Origin: Eledone cirrhosa
Taxonomy: Eukaryota
Reading direction: 5' to 3'
NCBI GenBank assembly: GCA_964016885.1
Contig: OZ024741.1
Location: forward strand, 38,688,001 to 38,752,000
DNA length: 64,000 nucleotides
In this document: piece after piece, positions 60,625 through 64,000 of the stretch
How the letters are laid out: each line of letters opens with the position of its first letter
Numbering within the stretch: the stretch's first letter is position 1
Program-made: the position numbers and the translations under genes
The notes under the pieces: model-generated
Database searches by the model: none
What the model saw: the letters and a program-made list of their open reading frames with translations, nothing else
Told to the model about the DNA's origin: nothing

Positions 60625-62460
60625 CTATTTTGGTGTTGAAAGTGAAGAAAGAAAAGCACTTACCTCTCCGGGTTGCGTAATTTCCATGGCATCAGGTGTG
60701 TTGGGTGGAGGGATGTTTTGTGGTGGTGTGGGGGTACACGTGTGTGGTGGGGTTGGGGTATTTGGAGTTGTGTCAGGGAGAGGGGCGGTTATGGGGAAAT
60801 CTTTCAAGAGGACGCGATTCAACGGTTTTAAACAGGGGGGGCTCACGTCCCGTCTAAATTGTTCTTTTAAGGAACGATAAAGGTCCAGAGGGACCTTTAT
60901 CATTTTTAAATGGGTGAAGTTCTCTGTTGAGATAAAGTTTGGCCCTTCGGTCTGCACCATAGGGTTATTGTTTATTAATTTAACCAGTTTTTTGTTTTCT
61001 TTATTTATATATGTGTATTGCAACGTCTTTTTTTGTGATGCTGTCAATGTTTCGGAGAGGGGAGGCGCAGATTTATTTTTGTTTGTTGAGGGTGGGGTGT
61101 TTTTGATTGGAGTTGGTGTTTGTGTGTGGGTTATTTGTGGTGTGCTGGGTGTGTGTTTTCTTTTTTTTCTTTTAACTTGTCTGAAGGCTTCTCCTCCTTC
61201 TTCTTCAGAAGTTGGGGGAAACTCTTCAGCGCTAGGTGGGAGGGACGTGTTGTGTGGTTGTTTTTTTTTTGCGGGAGGGGTAGATTTGTTACTGTTTTTT
61301 TTATTATTTGTTTGGAATGGGTTTTGTGGTGGTGGTGGTGGTAATGTTTGTGTCGTGCTTGTGGTTGGTAATGGTGGTGGTGATGTTTGTGTTGTGGTTG
61401 GTGGTGGTGATTTTTGTGTCGTGCTTGTGTTTGGTGCTGGTGGTGGTGATGTTTGTGTTGTGTTTGTGGTTGGTGGTGTCTGTATTTTGTTTGCTGTGTG
61501 TGGTATTAGTGTATTTTTGGAGGTGGGTGGTGCTGGTGTACTGTTTGTGGTGGATGTGGGCAATAGTCCTTTTTGGGGGATACGTTTCGGGCAGTTAGCC
61601 TTAACGTGTCCCCTTTCCATGCATAAATAGCATGCTGGTCTTCTCCCCTCTACAATTATGTCTTTTGGGGTAAGGTCATCCAGCCAGATGCGATCCGGGA
61701 TTTGTGCTATTCTTTCGGGCCTCATTTGGACTAGTATATCGAGGCCCATTCCCAGGAACGCATCTCCAGTTGCCTTCCCCATTGACAGCATAGTGTCTTC
61801 GCCCATATCAATGAAGCCAGCAATAGCCCACCAGAAGTCCATTGTGGGCAGCATTGTTTTTACTTTTATTCTCTGTGTTCTTCTACCCATGTAGGAGGGA
61901 TAGAAGCTATATGTTGTCGACGAGAGTGGGCTTAGGGAAAGCTGAACCGCCGTTTCTTTGTCTCTTGTTAGGACCGAAATGCTGCCATAGAGTCGGTCCT
62001 TTCGTATGAAGAGAATATTCTTCATATAGTCTTTTAGGACTAACTCTATTTCCATTTGGCTGGGCTGTGCTGGCTTTCTTGACTGGTTTAGTATAGTTCT
62101 GTATATAACTGTGTTTTCTGCTCTGGCTTTCTTGAATTCTGGGGGGGAGTTAATGGAAAACATTCCGTTCTCCCCCAAAACAATATGTTTCTTTGCTTCG
62201 GCCAGTTTTTCTCTGGCGGCAGTTAGGTCAATTGGTGTGTATGTAATGGATTGCTTTGTTTTCTGGGCGAAAGTTGCCCTGTCGTTATTTGTATTATTTT
62301 CTGTTTGTTTGTTTTCTGTTTGCTCATTTTCCTTAACATTTGTTTTTTCATTTTGTTTGTTTGTTTCAATGTCTAATTTTGTTGTAATTATTTTTTGTTC
62401 TTCAGACTTGGGGGGCGTGGCAGAGCTAATGGCAGACATGTCTGCCATCTTTTCCGCCAT
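60625..62460 (-). CDS. ORF1 (gag-like CCHC protein) of copy F
   Basis: ATG at 62460, zinc knuckle, stop TAG at 60625-60627. Confidence 0.93.
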   Translation of the reverse strand: MAEKMADMSAISSATPPKSEEQKIITTKLDIETNKQNEKTNVKENEQTENKQTENNTNNDRATFAQKTKQSITYTPIDLTAAREKLAEAKKHIVLGENGMFSINSPPEFKKARAENTVIYRTILNQSRKPAQPSQMEIELVLKDYMKNILFIRKDRLYGSISVLTRDKETAVQLSLSPLSSTTYSFYPSYMGRRTQRIKVKTMLPTMDFWWAIAGFIDMGEDTMLSMGKATGDAFLGMGLDILVQMRPERIAQIPDRIWLDDLTPKDIIVEGRRPACYLCMERGHVKANCPKRIPQKGLLPTSTTNSTPAPPTSKNTLIPHTANKIQTPPTTNTTQTSPPPAPNTSTTQKSPPPTTTQTSPPPLPTTSTTQTLPPPPPQNPFQTNNKKNSNKSTPPAKKKQPHNTSLPPSAEEFPPTSEEEGGEAFRQVKRKKRKHTPSTPQITHTQTPTPIKNTPPSTNKNKSAPPLSETLTASQKKTLQYTYINKENKKLVKLINNNPMVQTEGPNFISTENFTHLKMIKVPLDLYRSLKEQFRRDVSPPCLKPLNRVLLKDFPITAPLPDTTPNTPTPPHTCTPTPPQNIPPPNTPDAMEITQPGEVSAFLSSLSTPK

Positions 62461-62671
62461 GCTGCCAAGAAAGAAATTTTTCGGCAAAAATAGATATTTA
62501 TTTTACCCCCTAAAAAGGGGGTAAATGCAAAAATGTTTCCCTAAATAACAGGGGTTAGTGTTCCAAATGTGTTGCACTAAAAAATTTATCCGGTACTTAC
62601 AATAGTAAGGGTAAATCCCGATGGAATAGCGGAGCCGATGCGAAGCGTGTCTTACTCTATCAAGATAGATA

Positions 62672-63415
62672 TATTTCTTTATTAGCCACAGGGGCACAAA
62701 AGAAGGGGACAAATACAAAGGGGGAAGTTTACATACAATAAAAACGTGTAAAATGTTATCACAGATGGAATTTAAAAGTTAGTCGATTTTCCCCAATAGA
62801 GGGAGACAGTTTATATGGGTAACACAGACCCCCGAAAAAAATGTGCAACCCTCATCTCCAGGAGTACGAAGAGCTTGTACTCCTTTCCTCTCCTCCTCCT
62901 TTTCCTCAACCTACAGGCTGATATAGAGAGAAGGCCCATTCACTCGGGCCATTCTCGCCACTTTCACCCACCTTTCATAAAACTTGCTGGGGTACAGCAC
63001 CTCTCTCTCCATCCTGATTCTTCTTCCAAAGTGGTATTTGAAAAAAAGAATCAGTTGTTGGCCGGAGAGAAAGGTGTCTGACCTCAGCCCTTTCAACCTT
63101 GTCCACCATACAACCTCTTTCGCCATAGCTATCACACAAAGGAAAACCGCCTCTCCTTCGTTTTTGAAGGAGGGTGGCGGTTTGATCATGACAATGGACT
63201 CGGTGGTCAACTGGATTGGTCCCACCCGCGACAATAGTCGTTCCACATAGCCCCACAGGTCAGTGACGCCCGGGCAGTGTATGAATGCGTGCGCGACGGT
63301 TTCTTCGTCTCGCACGCACCTCGGACAGATCTTTTTTGCAGGGTCCCTGCCCGGGCGCCCATGTCTGTAGAGCTTGTCTCGAACTGGTAGAGCTCCTCGG
63401 TAGCACTGCCAGGCC
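62672..63415 (-). mobile_element. Tx1 copy G: duplicate of copy E with the same truncation point
   Basis: Same sequence as 56198-56941 at an offset of 6474. Followed by (GATA)n at 63416-63445. Confidence 0.93.
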
Positions 63416-63494
63416 AGATAGATAGATAGATAGATAGATTGATAGAAACAGAGGGGAGTGTGCAGTTGAGGAGGACCGTGTCTTTGTGATAGAG

Positions 63495-64000
63495 TATATG
63501 TGTGTATCTGTGTCTGTGTATGTGTGTATCTGTGTCTGTCTATGTGTGTATCTGTGTCTATGTAAGTGTGTATCTGTGTCTGTGTATGTGTGTATCTGTG
63601 TCTGTATATGTGTGTATCTGTGTATGTGTGTATCTGTGTCTGTATATGTGTGTATCTGTGTCTGTATATGTGTGTATCTGTGTCTGTATATGTGTGTATC
63701 TGTGTCTGTATATGTGTGTATCTGTGTCTGTATATGTGTGTATCTGTGTCTGTGTATGTGTGTATCTGTGTCTGTATGTGTGTGTATCTGTGTCTGCGTA
63801 TCTGTGTCTGTATATGTGTGTATCTGTGTCTGTATATGTGTGTATCTGTGTCTGTATATGTGTGTATCTGTGTCTGTATATGTGTGTATCTGTGTCTGTA
63901 TATGTGTGTATCTGTGTCTGTATATGTGTGTATCTGTGTCTGTGTATGTGTGTATCTGTGTCTGTATGTGTGTGTATCTGTGTCTGTATATGTGTGTATC
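63495..64000. repeat. 22-bp minisatellite TCTGTATATGTGTGTATCTGTG, running off the window end
   Basis: Direct 22-bp periodicity. Confidence 0.95.

Larger units (their letters stand above)
56959..62664 (-). mobile_element. Full-length intact Tx1-clade LINE copy F (potentially active)
   Basis: Uninterrupted ORF1 and 1142-codon ORF2. The sense strand ends AATAAATAGAAATT(TATC)n. Confidence 0.97.

Noticed and set aside
44903-63250. Numerous short + strand and alternate-frame ORFs repeated three times
   Set aside because: Antisense shadows of GC-rich LINE ORFs. Their recurrence simply reflects copy identity.
63495-64000. CRISPR-like or coding repeat
   Set aside because: Pure 22-bp tandem repeat with no unique spacers, in a eukaryotic context.

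Overview
Gene-free, repeat-dominated eukaryotic DNA. The SINE families resemble those of octopods/coleoid cephalopods, but that is inferred, not verified. There are three zones. (1) 1-24.8 kb: microsatellites, tRNA-derived SINEs, decayed LINEs (Tx1, RTE, CR1-like), a hAT-like DNA transposon and two Naiad-type Penelope-like element (PLE) fragments. Several short fold-back (inverted-repeat) remnants sit in (TA)n tracts and carry hammerhead ribozyme cores, including variant cores. (2) 24.8-41.7 kb: a ~16.6-kb G-rich satellite with a 24-bp unit built from four TTAGGG-like hexamers, with internal 1-kb and 4-kb higher-order duplications. (3) 42.1-63.4 kb: a head-to-tail, same-orientation array of seven Tx1-clade non-LTR retrotransposon copies from about three subfamilies, nearly all joined through (GATA)n. 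One copy (56959-62664) has intact ORF1 and ORF2. ORF2 has no AUG ahead of its endonuclease and sits in the -1 frame behind CCA-AAA-UAG. A 22-bp satellite closes the window. Best candidates for novelty: a (GATA)n-targeting, self-stacking Tx1 family with non-canonical ORF2 translation next to a telomere-like satellite, and the cluster of hammerhead-bearing PLE palindromes.
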